Below are positions 37,219 to 51,218 of a stretch of DNA of 64,000 nucleotides, one piece after another. Location of the stretch: assembly GCF_018977255.1 (NCBI RefSeq), contig NW_024704742.1, forward strand, positions 85,252,001 through 85,316,000, read 5' to 3'. The notes under the pieces are model-generated. The model searched no databases. It saw nothing but the letters and a program-made list of their open reading frames with translations, and had not been told where the DNA came from. A program made the translations under genes and the position numbers. Numbering within the stretch: the first letter of the stretch is position 1; the number at the start of each line of letters is the position of its first letter. This DNA comes from Callorhinchus milii. Taxonomy: Eukaryota.

Positions 37219-38380
37219 CCTATTTAACTTTGTTCTTCGCTGTTTAAACTGGGGTATCTTCAGAATGTACACATGTGGTTTAAGGTGTTTTTATTGTCTT
37301 AATATATTAAATATTCATAGCGCTTAACTTCGTTTCACTGCAATTAAGGTTTTCAGTCAAGCATTGTTTTTTGCATCAAATCCTAGCTTTGAAGAAAAAT
37401 TTAGACTTACTGAAGATATGTTATCTACTCTTTTAAAGCTATTTTACAATACCCTGACGACAGATTTCAAAAATTGCTAGATTTAACTTAATTCAATAGA
37501 ATAATAATGGGGTTTATGTTTATGGGTTTATGGTGATTTCAAAAGTGAATTTCTAAACTAAGGCATCAAAGTACATCACACCAACTCTTTGGATGTCTAT
37601 TTTTGAAGCAACTGCAACTAACTGCGATCATGGATGAAGATCACAACTAGCAGAACTATAATTAATTTGTACCCACAAATGAGTTCCAATTTGTACAACT
37701 TAAGATTCCTTAAATGAATGCTGTCAAAAACACAAATTAGATCCAGTTGTCTGATCACATAGGAACAGGAGTAGACCATTCAGCCACTTGAGCCGGTTGC
37801 GCCATTCTATTAGATCATGGCTTGGAAATTTGAATGGGTCCAACATCCAGAGCCTTTTGGGGTAAAAAGTTCCAGAGTTACATTACCCTTTGCGTGAAAA
37901 AATGCTTCCTGATCTCACTCCTAAATGGCTTAGCTCTAATTTTAAGATGATGCCCCCCTGTTCTGGATTCCACCAGCAGAGAAAATAGTTTCTCTGTGGC
38001 CCCCCTATCCAATCCCTTTATGATTCTAAACACCTCAACCAGATCACCCAATCATTGATTATTTCACACAATCAATAATGATCATTGCACAATACATTTT
38101 ATCAAAGTTCTTGCCTGGATTCCCTTCTGGTTACATTTACTCCACTAAACATATGAAGTTGTAGAATTGAAGGAGTGTAAGAGGTGAACAATGAACAGGT
38201 TGTTGCCTGTTGAAAACATTCTCGTCTTTGAAACTCGACAAGACAGAGTAACACCACCACCACCAAAATTACATTTGTATAGCACCTTTATTGTCGGGAG
38301 GACATCCCAAGGCACTGGACAGACAGGGTTACGGACCCGAGCTGGGTAAGAAATTGAAGGAAGCCATTGCATAAGAATAT

Positions 38381-38386
38381 TTTATT
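38381..38386 (-). terminator. PTGR1: Candidate polyadenylation signal of PTGR1
   Basis: TTTATT on + (AATAAA on -), about 380 nt after the stop codon. Confidence 0.4.
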
Positions 38387-38767
38387 GTGGCTGCTGTGGT
38401 GAAATCTCAATGTGTTGATTCACAACTTAACCTCAGTTTTGAGGAACTTTGAGCTTAAAAGGCAAGGTTTTACACAAGTTATTGGTAGTGGAGTGGGGGT
38501 GTGAGCCGATCGAAGGGATAGGGAGATGCCAAGGCATGAAGAGATTTGAAAGTGAAATTGATCCTGAAGAAAACAGGGGTGATGGCAGGGTGGAGACTGT
38601 TACAGGTGAGGACACAGTTGGCAGAGCTTTGAATCATTTGAACCTTGTTAATAGTGAAGCTAAAGAAACCAGCAAGGATTGTATTGGAAAAATCAAGACG
38701 GGAACTGACGACCACATGGATGAAAATTTCACAATATTTAACATTTAAGGTAAGATTGAGATTAAGG

Positions 38768-38905
<138 letters not shown>

Positions 38906-38920
38906 TTACAGCACATTGTA

Positions 38921-39623
38921 CAAAGTGTCCACAAAGTCCTGTTAGCCCCATGTTTTTTTCTACAGTGCCCTGAACAACAACTGAAACATGTGGAAGAATG
39001 ATGATAATTGTAGTTAGCACAACACCAACATCAAAATTACATTTATAGAGTGCCTTTCACATCGGGAGGACGTCCCAAAGCGCTGAACAGTCAGGTGCCG
39101 GGGCCCGAGCATGGGGGAGGGGTGGTGTAGCGGTGAGGGAAGGCAGAGAGGTGGGAGGGAGGCCAAAGGCACGATCGAAGAGAAGGGTCTTGAGACCGGC
39201 CTTGAAGGAAGCAAGGGAGGAAGCGAGGCGAAGGGACCGTGGGATGGAGTTCCAGAGTGTGAGAGCAGAGAGGCTGAAAGCCAGGACACCGATGGTAGGG
39301 CGGGACGGGCGGGAGACATGGAGCAGACCGGAGCCCGATGAACGGAGGGACCGGGCAGGTTGGTAGAGAGAAGTTTAGAAGTAGAAGTACTTAATTGTAT
39401 TCACTACAAGTGTTTAACTGTATTTAGATGTCCAGAGGATCAGTGTGTGTGAGCGCCATAACTTTCCTGGCAGATAATGATCTGATGCCAGGTTCAGTGT
39501 GAAGTCTTCCATAACATGATGGAGTGAGGAGGTGAAATGCATCTCTGACAGCTTGTTTCAGCTCCTCATAGTCTCATATCACTGTTTTGTAACAGGGGGT
39601 AACAGGACTTTGTGGACATCCTG
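38921..39623. mobile_element. Mariner-type MITE interrupted by an L2 3' fragment (~39015-39370)
   Basis: TA|CAAAGTGTCCACAAAGTCCTGTTA ... TAACAGGACTTTGTGGACATCCTG. Confidence 0.8.
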
Positions 39624-39938
39624 AACACACTAAAAATATACTGTCTCACTGGTGCGCACATACAAGCAAAATTGAGTTGCTGATTGACAATTTTAAAGCA
39701 CTGATAGGTTGGATACAGGTTGAGTACAATGTCTCTGTTTGGCAAACACGTCAAAGGTAATCATTAGTTTCACAGGAAGAATGCCACACATATATTTGAG
39801 GTGAAAATGCCACACCACTTCTATCAAGTTACCCACTAAAGTTTAGGTGACAGATGATACCAACATAAGTCAACCCATGGTAACAGACAGAAATCCTTGT
39901 TCATCCTATTTAATTATGAGCACAATGCCAGCTTTAAG

Positions 39939-40308
39939 TATAATAATAATAATCCTTGAATTTGATACAGCACCTTATCATGTCTTTGAGACATCTGAAA
40001 GCACTTCACAGAATATATTATAAAGTGGATTGACTGAGTATTTTGTAAGCAAAATACGGCAGCTAATTGTGTACAGAAGGGTTCCACAAACAGTGGATTT
40101 CACTGTTAATTGAATGACAAATAATTTTTTTTTGGAGGGTTTATTACCCCCAGAAAGCGATCCGTCAGTCGACTAACAACCGGGTTCCTACTTACTGCTA
40201 GGTAAACAGAGATGTGCGGAGTAAGGAAATTTGCCTAAGGTTTTGCCTCACCCGCGAAATCGAACCGTTTGCGAGGTGAACGCACTAACCACTACACTAT
40301 GGGACTCC
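39939..40308 (-). mobile_element. Full-length SINE, long variant
   Basis: Head, internal segment, core and tail all present. Confidence 0.82.
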
Positions 40309-41540
40309 ATGAAGTAGTAAACCCAGGAAGAAACGTTTTGAGGCAGACTTGGGCTACAAATAGTCATTTTATTTATTTATTATTATTTTAAATGTCAATT
40401 TAGTGTAATTTTATGGCTTATTTCAAGTTTTGATAGTGTATGTCTAGTGCGAAGAAAAAGCCCCAATTCTTGCGTGAGGAAGAACATGTTTGTGAGTGTT
40501 TCCTGCCCTCATTGCTAAATGTTCAGATTCCCACATGGAGAATGGCCCAGAGAACTGAGAGCTGTCATAATCTTTAGACTACACTTCAGGACAGTTTTCC
40601 AGAGAGGGAGGACAAATAGAGGTGGGTCCAGATTCCATCCGGTGAACTTTGTTGGCAAGTACACAAGTGTGACAACACAGCAAGACTAGTATCAACCTTG
40701 ACTGCACTGTTCCCCAGTCTTAATAAGCCAACATTTATGAACGAGGCTCACATGTAAAGAACAGCCGAGGTCCTGGAGGGTGGTTGACTCCTGTGGAACT
40801 GTATCTTAACACACAGCCAGGAAATAAAATTAATCAAATTTAAAAAAAGAGGTATCAAAGTCTTTGAAGAGATCTAACAGGCAGCTGGTGTGTGTCATAG
40901 AATCATAGAACTTCACAGCACAGATGGAAGCCATTCCACCCATCGATCTGCACCATCACCAACAACAACTTTATTATTAGATTTGTAATAATATTAATAA
41001 TCCTTGCATTTGATGGAGCGTCTTTCACGTCGGGAAGCCGTCCCAAGGTGCTGGCTCTCATCAGCAAGGAGATAACAAAAAACAACAACAGTGAATCAGA
41101 GGAACTGTACAAATGCAGAGATTGCATCTGGATAAGCTTCTATCATTCATACACCTGTCCCCTTCCCACCTGAATCGCACAATAGACTGTACTTCTACCA
41201 CTTTACTTGGATTGGTATTCCACATCCTGTTCAGACACCCTGGATAACTCTTGCACAAACATGTAACTAAAAACAATTCCCCAACAATGCAACTGACTGA
41301 CGGGGGGGAGAGCAGCCAACATACATGACTGATGGGGATAGTCAACACAAAGGCTACTATTACTAATACAGATATAGTTGTGTAAATATGTTTCGTCCAC
41401 AAAATACACAGTCAATTCACTTTACGGTATATTCTGTGAAGCGCTTTGAGCCGTCTCAACAAAGTGATAAGGTGCTATTTCAAATGCAACAATTATTATT
41501 ATTATTGTTAATAAAAAGTTTCTGGATTGTAATTTCTCAC

Positions 41541-41659
41541 CTCCTTAACCCAAGCCATTAATGCCTTTTCAGATTCTTCCCTTCTGTTATTCCACGTTGA
41601 AACAACGAATCCCTGCATCCGAAGCTGCTTAAAGATCATGGGAGCTTGGATGTAAGCAC
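41541..41659 (-). CDS. PTGR1: PTGR1 coding exon 8
   Basis: 119 bp, AG/GT bounded; (G)AYIQAPMIFKQLRMQGFVVSTWNNRREESEKALMAWVKE. Confidence 0.93.
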
Positions 41660-42231
41660 CTAATGTAAGGGGGAAAAGAATATTTTAAATATCCAGCGTC
41701 TGAGGAGCTACAGAATAAACATTTCATCTGCCAGGTGATCAAACCACAATCAATTATTCTGATTTGTGATGTTATTTGGGAGTGGAGGAAAGAAAAGGAA
41801 ACTTGCATTCTTGTCATGTTAAAATGTCTCGAGCAACTCAAAATTACTGTCAGGTAGGTACCGTGACTTTTTTGCAGGCAAACAGAACAGTCGCAGATTT
41901 GCACGAGCAGTCTCACGGTCATGAAGTTAATATGCATGTTCTGGGGCATTGTTGGCCTGGTCACTGGGTATCACTCCTTTTGCTTTTCGTATATGATCTT
42001 TAATGGCCACTTGAACAGTTGGACTGAACCTTAATTTAATGTCTCAGCTGAAAGATGGCACCTGCCTGCCACAATGCAGTGCTAACACAGCACTGGACTA
42101 CGAACTGACAAAAATACAAACTTCTAAACCAGAGGTGTGCGTGTTATCTAGTGAGCTAAGCTGTATTCTTCGCGTGAAAAAAAAATCCAAACAAGTTTAA
42201 TGCTATCAAATTTAAAGCGAGTATCCTCTCA

Positions 42232-42426
<195 letters not shown>

Positions 42427-42674
42427 TCAAAATTATGATAGGGAAACCTCATTAACATCTGACATTGCAATAGACATTAAGGAATGCCGACTTTGATGTC
42501 AGGCCAAAGTTGTGCGCAAAGTAAATCAACAACAGCTTGCATTTATTTAGTGTCCCTCACGCAGGGTAGTGTCCCAGAGCACTTGTAAATCCCCAGCTAA
42601 AGTGTAACGTCTTTCATGTCAATTTTTTTAATATATAAAAATGTTATATTTTTGGAGATGACTTACATTGGTTA

Positions 42675-42902
<228 letters not shown>

Positions 42903-43029
42903 TTAAGACCTAAGAATTTCCATTTGTCCCGTTGACCCCTTGGGTGCGCAACTGAGACCAGTGCAAACCGAAGGCCTGCTGAACACTCCACGTTTCTAAT
43001 TTTCTTTGCAACATCGCCTGTATTTAAAG

Positions 43030-43368
43030 ATAATATTAATAACCCTTGCATTTGTGATCATGTCGTTAAGATGTTGCAAAGCACTTTACAGAATATATTG
43101 CAAAATGAATTGACTGTGTATTTTGTGGATGAAACTCGCACAGCAATGTCCACAAACAGTCGTGGATTCAGTGAGCAATTTTTTTTTGAGGGATTATTAT
43201 TAACCCTGGAAAGCGATCCACCAATCAATTAACAACCAGGCTCCTACTTACTGCTAGGTAAACAGAGATGTGTGGAGTAAGGAAACCTTGCCGAAGGTTT
43301 CGCCTCGAACGGGAATTGAACCCGGGTCCTCTCACTTGCGAGGCAAGTGCTCTATGCTACGGGACTCC
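43030..43368 (-). mobile_element. SINE, long variant
   Basis: Head, internal segment, core and tail. Confidence 0.8.
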
Positions 43369-43582
43369 ATCATGCATCACTGGGTGGTTGTTTCATAAAG
43401 TTTTAACGAGATAAATGACAACCAATATAATAATACTAGTAATCCTTGCATTTGATATAGCGCCTTATCACGTTGTTGAGACGTCTCAAAGCGTTTCACA
43501 GAATATATTGTAAAGTGAATCGATTGTGTATTTTTGTGGGCGCAATAAGATGAATGCAATGCAGCCATTATTCCTGTTGTCA

Positions 43583-43843
<261 letters not shown>

Positions 43844-44274
43844 TTACACTTTTTATAGCACCTTTCACATCCTGAGGACGCCACAAAGCGCTTCACAGGA
43901 ATTTTACTGTAAAGTGCAGTGACGTATCATCCAAACGACGGCACCTCCAACAATGCAGCATTTCCCCAGAACTGTACTGGAATGTCAGCCTAGACTATGT
44001 GAGTTCAACGTCAAGTGGGGCTTGAACCCATAATCTTCTGACTCAAGAGGTGGGAGTAACCAACTGAGCCAGGCTGCAACATAGACAAATCTACACTGAT
44101 CAAACGGTTTATGGAGGATGAAAGTCCTTTAGAAACCACACAGTACCACAGTTTAATGAGCCAAAACCAGTATTTTGACTTCCAGACAGATTATGTCTGT
44201 GGCTAAGAATCTTAATAGCAGTCTTTGAAATATTCCCAACAACATAGCTCATCAATCCTTAGCCTTAGCCTTAC

Positions 44275-44442
44275 CCTGGCATGCCCACAGTTCCCAGACC
44301 TAGGGATCTAGATATATTCTCTGGCCAGTCAGCGAGCATTAACTCTATCTTCTTTCCGTCTGAAATTGTGTGTGTTCTCCACCCACTACTTGACACCACA
44401 TAACAACCTACTGGGAACTTGGAATTGTTACTTGCCGAGACC
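44275..44442 (-). CDS. PTGR1: PTGR1 coding exon 4
   Basis: 168 bp; VSASNNSKFPVGCYVVSSSGWRTHTISDGKKIELMLADWPENISRSLGLGTVGMPG. Confidence 0.95.
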
Positions 44443-46236
44443 CTGTAAAAAGATGGAAAAAAATAATTTGACCCCTATATTTCAAAGCAATATATGTAAA
44501 GGCATACAGATATTTACATGCAGTCTCTGTAAAGTTTAGCTACTTCACTAACGTCTTCAAGCACTCTGAGACGCTACCTTGTGTAGAAGACATTATGTAA
44601 GTGAAAGTTGTTGTTGTTGTCCACATAGAACTACACAAAACATTACAGCACGGAAAAACTCTATTCGGCACAAATAATAAATGTTGATGTTTATGATCCA
44701 CATGAGCTTTCACCCTTCCATTTCAAATGACTTTGATTAGACTTTACCAGGTGTGGGATCACAGCACAGATCAGAGAATAATAATAATCCTTACTTTTAA
44801 TTTAGCACCTTACCATGTCAGGAGGACGATGAATATGCTTCACAAGGATATAATGTAAAGTGTTTTGTAGATGAACTTTCTTCTCTTTTCGAATAGTATC
44901 ATGGGATCTTTGACCTCCACCTCCACCCGGACAGGCAGAGGGGACCTTGGTTTAACGTCTCATCCAAAGGCCTGCACTTCCAACAATGCAGTACACCTCC
45001 AGCCTTACATTGGAGTGTCATCTGAGCCTATATGAGATCCACTATACGAGTTCTAATTCCCAACTCTGGGGCTTAAACCCACGAACCTCTGACTCAGTTC
45101 AATGCACATTCTGGGGGCCTCAAGCCTTGGCTCTTGCTAATCTGTCAGAGTGCTACCATTGAGCCAGGCTGACAAATAAGCTCTTCTCAATGAAGTCCAT
45201 CAAGCAATAAAATAATCTTATTTATATGGTGTGAGGAAAGAGTTAAATAAGATGGCATTCCTTATGAAAGTGAGTGAAAATTAGTTACTGACGTGTGAAA
45301 GTACATCTGATGCACTTGTTATCTTGTTATTGTACAAGGAACAGAACTGGTACAGGAATGTGGGTTAGCCCCACTCATCGCGTGAAGGTAGGGAGCATTC
45401 TTGTAGCGGGAACATTGCTAGCACATGCACAAAAGTGATTCAGATTTTGGGTATAATTGAGGGTGTTTTAGCCAGGATCGGGGAGATTCAGATCTGATCC
45501 GACTCCCAGCTGCTTTTGCTCTCCCAAGAGATATGATAAGTCATCACTATTATCCACTGAAACCTGGTTGCTCCCATTATCATGTTTTGTGGTAGTGAGT
45601 TATTGCTCTTTGTATAATCATTAATTATGGGACTATAATAAAGGAAACAATTGGTTCATATCCAAATTGCGTGCATTACTTCATCGTTGATAAATACTAC
45701 GTTTTCTTACTGTAAGGTATAGGGCATCAAATGTAGAGCAGTGTGTCCAATGCACACTCTGGGGGCCTCAAGCCTTGGCTCTTGCCAATCTATACCCAAA
45801 TTTTGTGGGATTAAGTAAGCAGGGTGTGTCCCTCCAGGGAGGGAGTGAAACTCAATACCAGACAAATGGAGATCACTCAGGTGTGGAATTCTCAGTAGTT
45901 TGGTTTAGAGACTCTTAAGCATGGTGATGGGATTTCTCTCAACAACTCACCTTACCCAAGTTGGCACAACTCTCAAAGGCCAACATGTTTGCATTGCAAT
46001 AAGGCAACCATAATTCTGTACAAAGGGAATAAGCCTTCATCCCAGTGGTGTTCCAGGTGGGGGGGGAGGAAAGAAAGAGACAGGGAAAATAAAATCCCAA
46101 TGGGTGGCAAGTCACCTTGCAACACTCAATTTCCTCACACTCAGCTAGAGAGATGCTTGGCTTCCCACCTGTTACAACCAGAGGCCTGGCTGTGCTCACA
46201 TGATTTTTTTTGACTGAGTATACAGCGTTAATTTAC

Positions 46237-46296
46237 CTGGCTATCTGTGTGCCGATCATTATGTCACCTTCCTTCATTATTTTCTTGCTGTAAGGC
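46237..46296 (-). CDS. PTGR1: PTGR1 coding exon 3
   Basis: 60 bp, phase 2/2; PYSKKIMKEGDIMIGTQIA. Confidence 0.93.
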
Positions 46297-46764
46297 CTGA
46301 AAATAGAAAGAATTTAATGAACGTGTCAACATGCAGAAAACATTTTGGTGCATGGAGCAAACCACAGATAAGAAGACGACACACAATCTTCTTAAGAGGC
46401 CCATGGTCAGGATTCAGTAGGTGGAGACACAGAAGTATCAGAACAAAAGGGACGTATACACTTTACAGCAACACCATAAACCCCTCAAAACCAAACAAAG
46501 TTGAGATCTTCAACAATGAAAGCGCACAACTGCCACAGATCTTACAGGAAGTGTTTTTCTGACCAATGTACATCAGGTTGCATTTATTATAATAATAATA
46601 GTTGCATTTGGTACAGTGCCTTAGCTCATCATTGAGATGTCTGAAAGCATTTGTATAGAACCTTTCATGTAAAAGAACATCTCAAAGTGTAGTGGTGGAC
46701 GATGATCAGGGAAATAAGAGTCTAAAAGATGTGACAAAAGGCAGAGTTGTAGAAATACATCGGT

Positions 46765-47031
46765 GGCCGGGCTTTCAACCTCTCTGCCCCCACACTCTGG
46801 AACTCTATTCCACAGTACTTTCGCCTCGCTTCCTCCCTTGCCTCCTTCAAGGCAGGTCTCAAGACCCTTCTCTTCGATCGTTCCTTTGGTCTCCCTCCCA
46901 CTTCTCTGCCCTCCCTCAGCCCTACACCCCCCTCCCCCATGCTCGGTTCCCGGCACCTAACTGTTCAGCGCTTTGGGACATCCTCCCGACGTGAAAGGCA
47001 CTCTATAAATGTAATTTTGTTGTTGTTGTTG
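46765..47031 (+). mobile_element. L2 3' end
   Basis: CTCTGGAACTC...TTCAAGGCAGGTCTCAAGACC...GTGAAAGGCACTCTATAAATGTAATTT(TGT)n. Confidence 0.82.
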
Positions 47032-47357
47032 TGATAAATATAAGATGATAATCGTAATATCCATTATTTAAATGGCCATTTATATAAAATCTATTTATAG
47101 GAGATGTTGCTTACAATATTCCACTTTTGTTCCTCTGCCCCCTGTCATATATCAATGAGCTATATGGGTAATGTAGGTTATTGCTGTTATGAGTTCAGGT
47201 GACACAGCAATCAGTAACTGACTCAAATGTCACATAGGTTTCACTATTTTTGCCTTTCACATTTATGTGTACAAGAGTATATTTGCTTAAAGAATGGCTT
47301 TCTATATGGGCATTAGATATAGAAATCAAATTATGTGATACGAGTTAAATATCTTAC

Positions 47358-47403
47358 CTCATATAGGGATCCACACTGAGAAACACAGCCTCAAGCAGCA
47401 CTT
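47358..47403 (-). CDS. PTGR1: PTGR1 coding exon 2
   Basis: 46 bp; (E)VLLEAVFLSVDPYM(R). Confidence 0.94.
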
Positions 47404-47476
47404 CTGAAAAAACAATTCAGTGATAAATTTTAGCACAATGACTAAAACAACTGTGTTAACACCTTGTTGAATTCTA

Positions 47477-47779
47477 CAGAGTGTCCACAAAGTCCTGTTA
47501 CCCCCATGTTTTGTTTCTACAGTGTACTGACCAACAACCGAAACATGTGGAAGAATGATGATAATTGTATTCAGTACAAGTGTTTAACTGTATTTAGATG
47601 TCCAGAGGATCAGTGTGTGTGAGCTCCATCATTTTCATGGCAGAAAATGATCCATGTTTTGTGCTTCATCATGGATGAAGTGAGGAGGTGAAATGCATCC
47701 CTGACAACTTGTTTCAGCTCCTCCGTAGTCTCATATCATTGTTTTGTAACAGGGATAACAGGACTTTGTGGTCACCCTG
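47477..47779. mobile_element. Intact mariner-type MITE (~300 bp)
   Basis: TA|CAGAGTGTCCACAAAGTCCTGTTACCCC ... GGGATAACAGGACTTTGTGGTCACCCTG; ~28 bp TIRs, TA on the left side. Confidence 0.85.
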
Positions 47780-48591
47780 TGCAGGACAACGTGTAATAAA
47801 AATTTTGTTTCTCATTGCTCAGGGCAGCCTGACACTAACATGGTGTTTGGGTCTATAAATTTAGACTCCTTGTTATAAGAGTCTGCAGGGAAAAAAAATT
47901 GCTGCTGCTGACACTGCATCCGCTGTGGACTGGTCAGCTTCCTGTGAGTGAATGCAGTGAGCAGGGCTGGTCCTGCTGGGTGACTGTTCCCACTGTTCCC
48001 ACAAGAGCTGTCGTTGATGTCCTGGCCAACAATCCCCCAGATAAAACTATTCCCACAATAGCCGTGTGGTACTGGCTGCCACTTTACAGTGAAGCACTTT
48101 GAGATGACTGGGAGAGAGAAATGCCCTTCCCTTTTCGAATCATGCCATGGGTTATTTAAGGTCCACCTGAAGAGGCAGACAGGAGCTTGGTTTAACGTCT
48201 GATCCCAGTTTATCAGGTGAATTCCAAAGAGTAAGGAATATATATAAACTAATAATCCTTTCATTTGACATAATGCCTTATCACATCATTGAGACATCTC
48301 AAAGCTTCACAGGATATACTGTAAAGTGGAGTGACTGTGTATTTTATGGGTGATACGCAGCAACCAGTTGCACAAAGCAATGTCCCACAAACAGCCATGG
48401 AGTGAGATGCCAATTTTATTTTTGATTTTATTTAGATTTTATTCAGATACACTAGACCTGGCGGTTCCACTGTGAGAACACATTTGATTCTTACATCATC
48501 AAACAACCAGACGTCTATTTCTGGCAATGTGAATTGAATCAATGGCAGATTGGTCTCCCTGCAGTGATGAAGTTGATCCAGGATGGAGTTA

Positions 48592-48846
<255 letters not shown>

Positions 48847-49481
48847 CTAGAACCAAAAAAGTACAATAAATATTCAACGTGGGTTAAGTACAGACAATTC
48901 CTGGATAGTGCAGGAAGGACCGTTGTAATTTATTTCCTCAACAATTTAACACAAGGAAACATTAAAGAGAAGGGAGTTTCTCTCTCCCAGTGGCCTGGCC
49001 AACAATCCCCCAAATAAAGTTGGTCATTGACTTCATGGCACTTTGTGGGACATTGCTATGTGCAAATTAGCTGCCAGGTTTGAGACCTCACTAGGTGGAG
49101 GACAGGTACCTGGTGGGTAACACAGGTTACGGTTGAAGTTGGTCATTATGAACAGGCTTTCAGTGCAGAGGCGGAGGAATGAGAGGAGAGAGGTGCTCAA
49201 AGGAGGGAAAGGAGGCAGAGAATTAGAGGAAGAGACTGAGGGAAGTTTGAGAGATGAGGGCCACCCTGTAAAGTGCCTGTGGTGTTGGAGGGGTGGGGGG
49301 AGGTTTGGAAGGTAGGAAGGGTGTGGGTGTGGATAAGTACACTGATGAGCCCGGTGGAGGAATCCCTGACTGGAGGAGAGGGAGTCTGTGGTAGGGTCTA
49401 GAAGGGGAGCAGTTGAGGAGGGGAGCAGGAGAGAATTCTGTGTGAGTAGCAAAGAGTGGGAAGCAGAAGTAGAGGCATTTT

Positions 49482-49700
49482 AATAATAATAATAATAATC
49501 CTTGCATTTGATATAGCGCTTTTCATGTCTTCCAGACATCCCAAAGCGCTTCACAGAATATATTGTAAAGTGAATTGACTGTATATTTGTGGGCGAACGC
49601 GGCAGCCAATTGCGCACAGCAATGTCCCACAAACAGTCATGGATTGAAAATGACCAATTTATTATTGTTTTGTTTTTTTCAAGGGATTATTATTAGGCGT
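49482..49700 (-). mobile_element. SINE 3' part
   Basis: Tail and core. Confidence 0.85.
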
Positions 49701-50107
49701 TTTGGGAGAGGGGCTCGGGTCAGAGGCATCAGGCAAAACAATATTGCAATATCAGGTCTTCCCCCCCACCACCCTAAAAAAAAAATTTTCTGAAATAAAA
49801 ACAAGCTCAGCTGAGTTTCTCAAACTATCACTGAAATATCTAAACTCTTAAATCATCTTGTTGCTCTTCTCTAAGCCCTTGCCAAACCTCATCCAATGAT
49901 GTTTAAGATTGGTCAGCCGACATGTAAAAAACCTATCACTGTGCTTAATAGTATCTGAACCAGACTGCGATTTCCACACAGGTACACCACCCACACGTAC
50001 ATTTCTGCATATCCAAATTGGACTGTGCACTCTCTTGCTGGACTGACGGACCCGACTTATCTAATTCCTGAGAGTATGAGGCGCAGGTTGTCATGAGCAG
50101 AGGTTTC

Positions 50108-50957
50108 TGATTGCACACTACAACTCACCAAGTCAGTCAGGAACTACGTGTCTTGTTCGACCCTCAACTGTCTTTTCTCCCCCACATTCAAGATCAAGTC
50201 TCTGCCTTCCCTCACCTCTGTGACATCGCCCGACTCTGCCACTACCTCACCCCTCAGGCCGCTGAAACTCTTGCTCATGCATCTAGGCATCCAGAGGATC
50301 AGTGTGTGTGTGAGCGCCGTCATTTTCATGGCAGATAATGAACCATCTCCATGTTCGGTGCCACATCTTCCGTATGGACCTCCAGGCTCGACTATGCAAA
50401 CGCCCTGCTGTCGGCCTTCCCAACTTCTACCCCCACAGGCTGCAGATAGTCCAGAACTCTGCAGCCCGTGTCCTCTCCTGCACCAAACTCCGTGACCCCA
50501 TCTCCCCCATTCTCACCCGACTCCATTGGCTCCCTATTCTTCAGAAGGTCCAGTTTAAGATCCTGTCCTCACATATAAAACCCTCCATGGCCTCGCCCCA
50601 CCTTACCTCTGCGACCTCCTAATCCCCTACCAACCCGCCCGCTCCCTCCACTCAGCCGGCTCTGGCCTGCTCCACGTCCCCCGACCCACCCGCCCCACTA
50701 TTGGCGGGAGAGCCTTCAGCCACTCTGCCTCCAATCTCTGGAATTCCATCCCCCAGTCACTCCACCTCACCCCCTCCTTAGCCTCCTTCAAGTCCCGCCT
50801 CAAGACCCTCCTCTTCGATCATGTCATATCTCTTCCCCTCCCCTCTCCCCCCCTGACCCCAGCTCGGGTCTGAAATGCTGTACACTGTCCAGCACCTTGG
50901 GACGTCCTCCCAATGTGAAAGGCGCTATACAAATGTAATCTTATTGTTGTTGTTGTT
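50108..50957 (+). mobile_element. L2 3' fragment containing a ~95 bp MITE-derived insertion
   Basis: RLQIVQNSAARVL...LHWLP and a (TTG)n tail; colinear with 55270-55957. Confidence 0.87.
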
Positions 50958-51218
50958 GGTTCCCAGAGCGAGTGGTGTGTGAGTCGGATACTGTACTACT
51001 TTTGTGAAGGTAGAGCGTAAAGGCAGACTCTGAAATGCGATATAAGTAAAGTGAATCTGGCCCGGGGTGGGGGAGGAGATTTCTCCCACCAATTTCTCTC
51101 CTACTCAATACAGGTGGGGGAGAGGGGGGTGGGGCAGCGGACAAGGCTTCCTTTCACTTTACAGGATGTTCACAAAGTCCTGTTACTCCGTTAAGGACAA
51201 AGGCTTCCTTTCACTTTA

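Larger units (their letters stand above)
28430..37517 (+). pseudogene. Tandem partial duplicate of TXN (end of intron 2 to 3' flank), expanded by TE insertions
   Basis: Colinear homology to ~24100-27983 covering the intron 2 end, exon 3, distal intron 4, exon 5 and the 3' UTR in three pieces (34123-34740, 36680-36853, 37221-37517). Confidence 0.85.

Noticed and set aside
47199..47209. ARE-like GTGACACAGCA in a PTGR1 intron
   Set aside because: A motif this short is expected by chance every few kb, and there is no conservation evidence.
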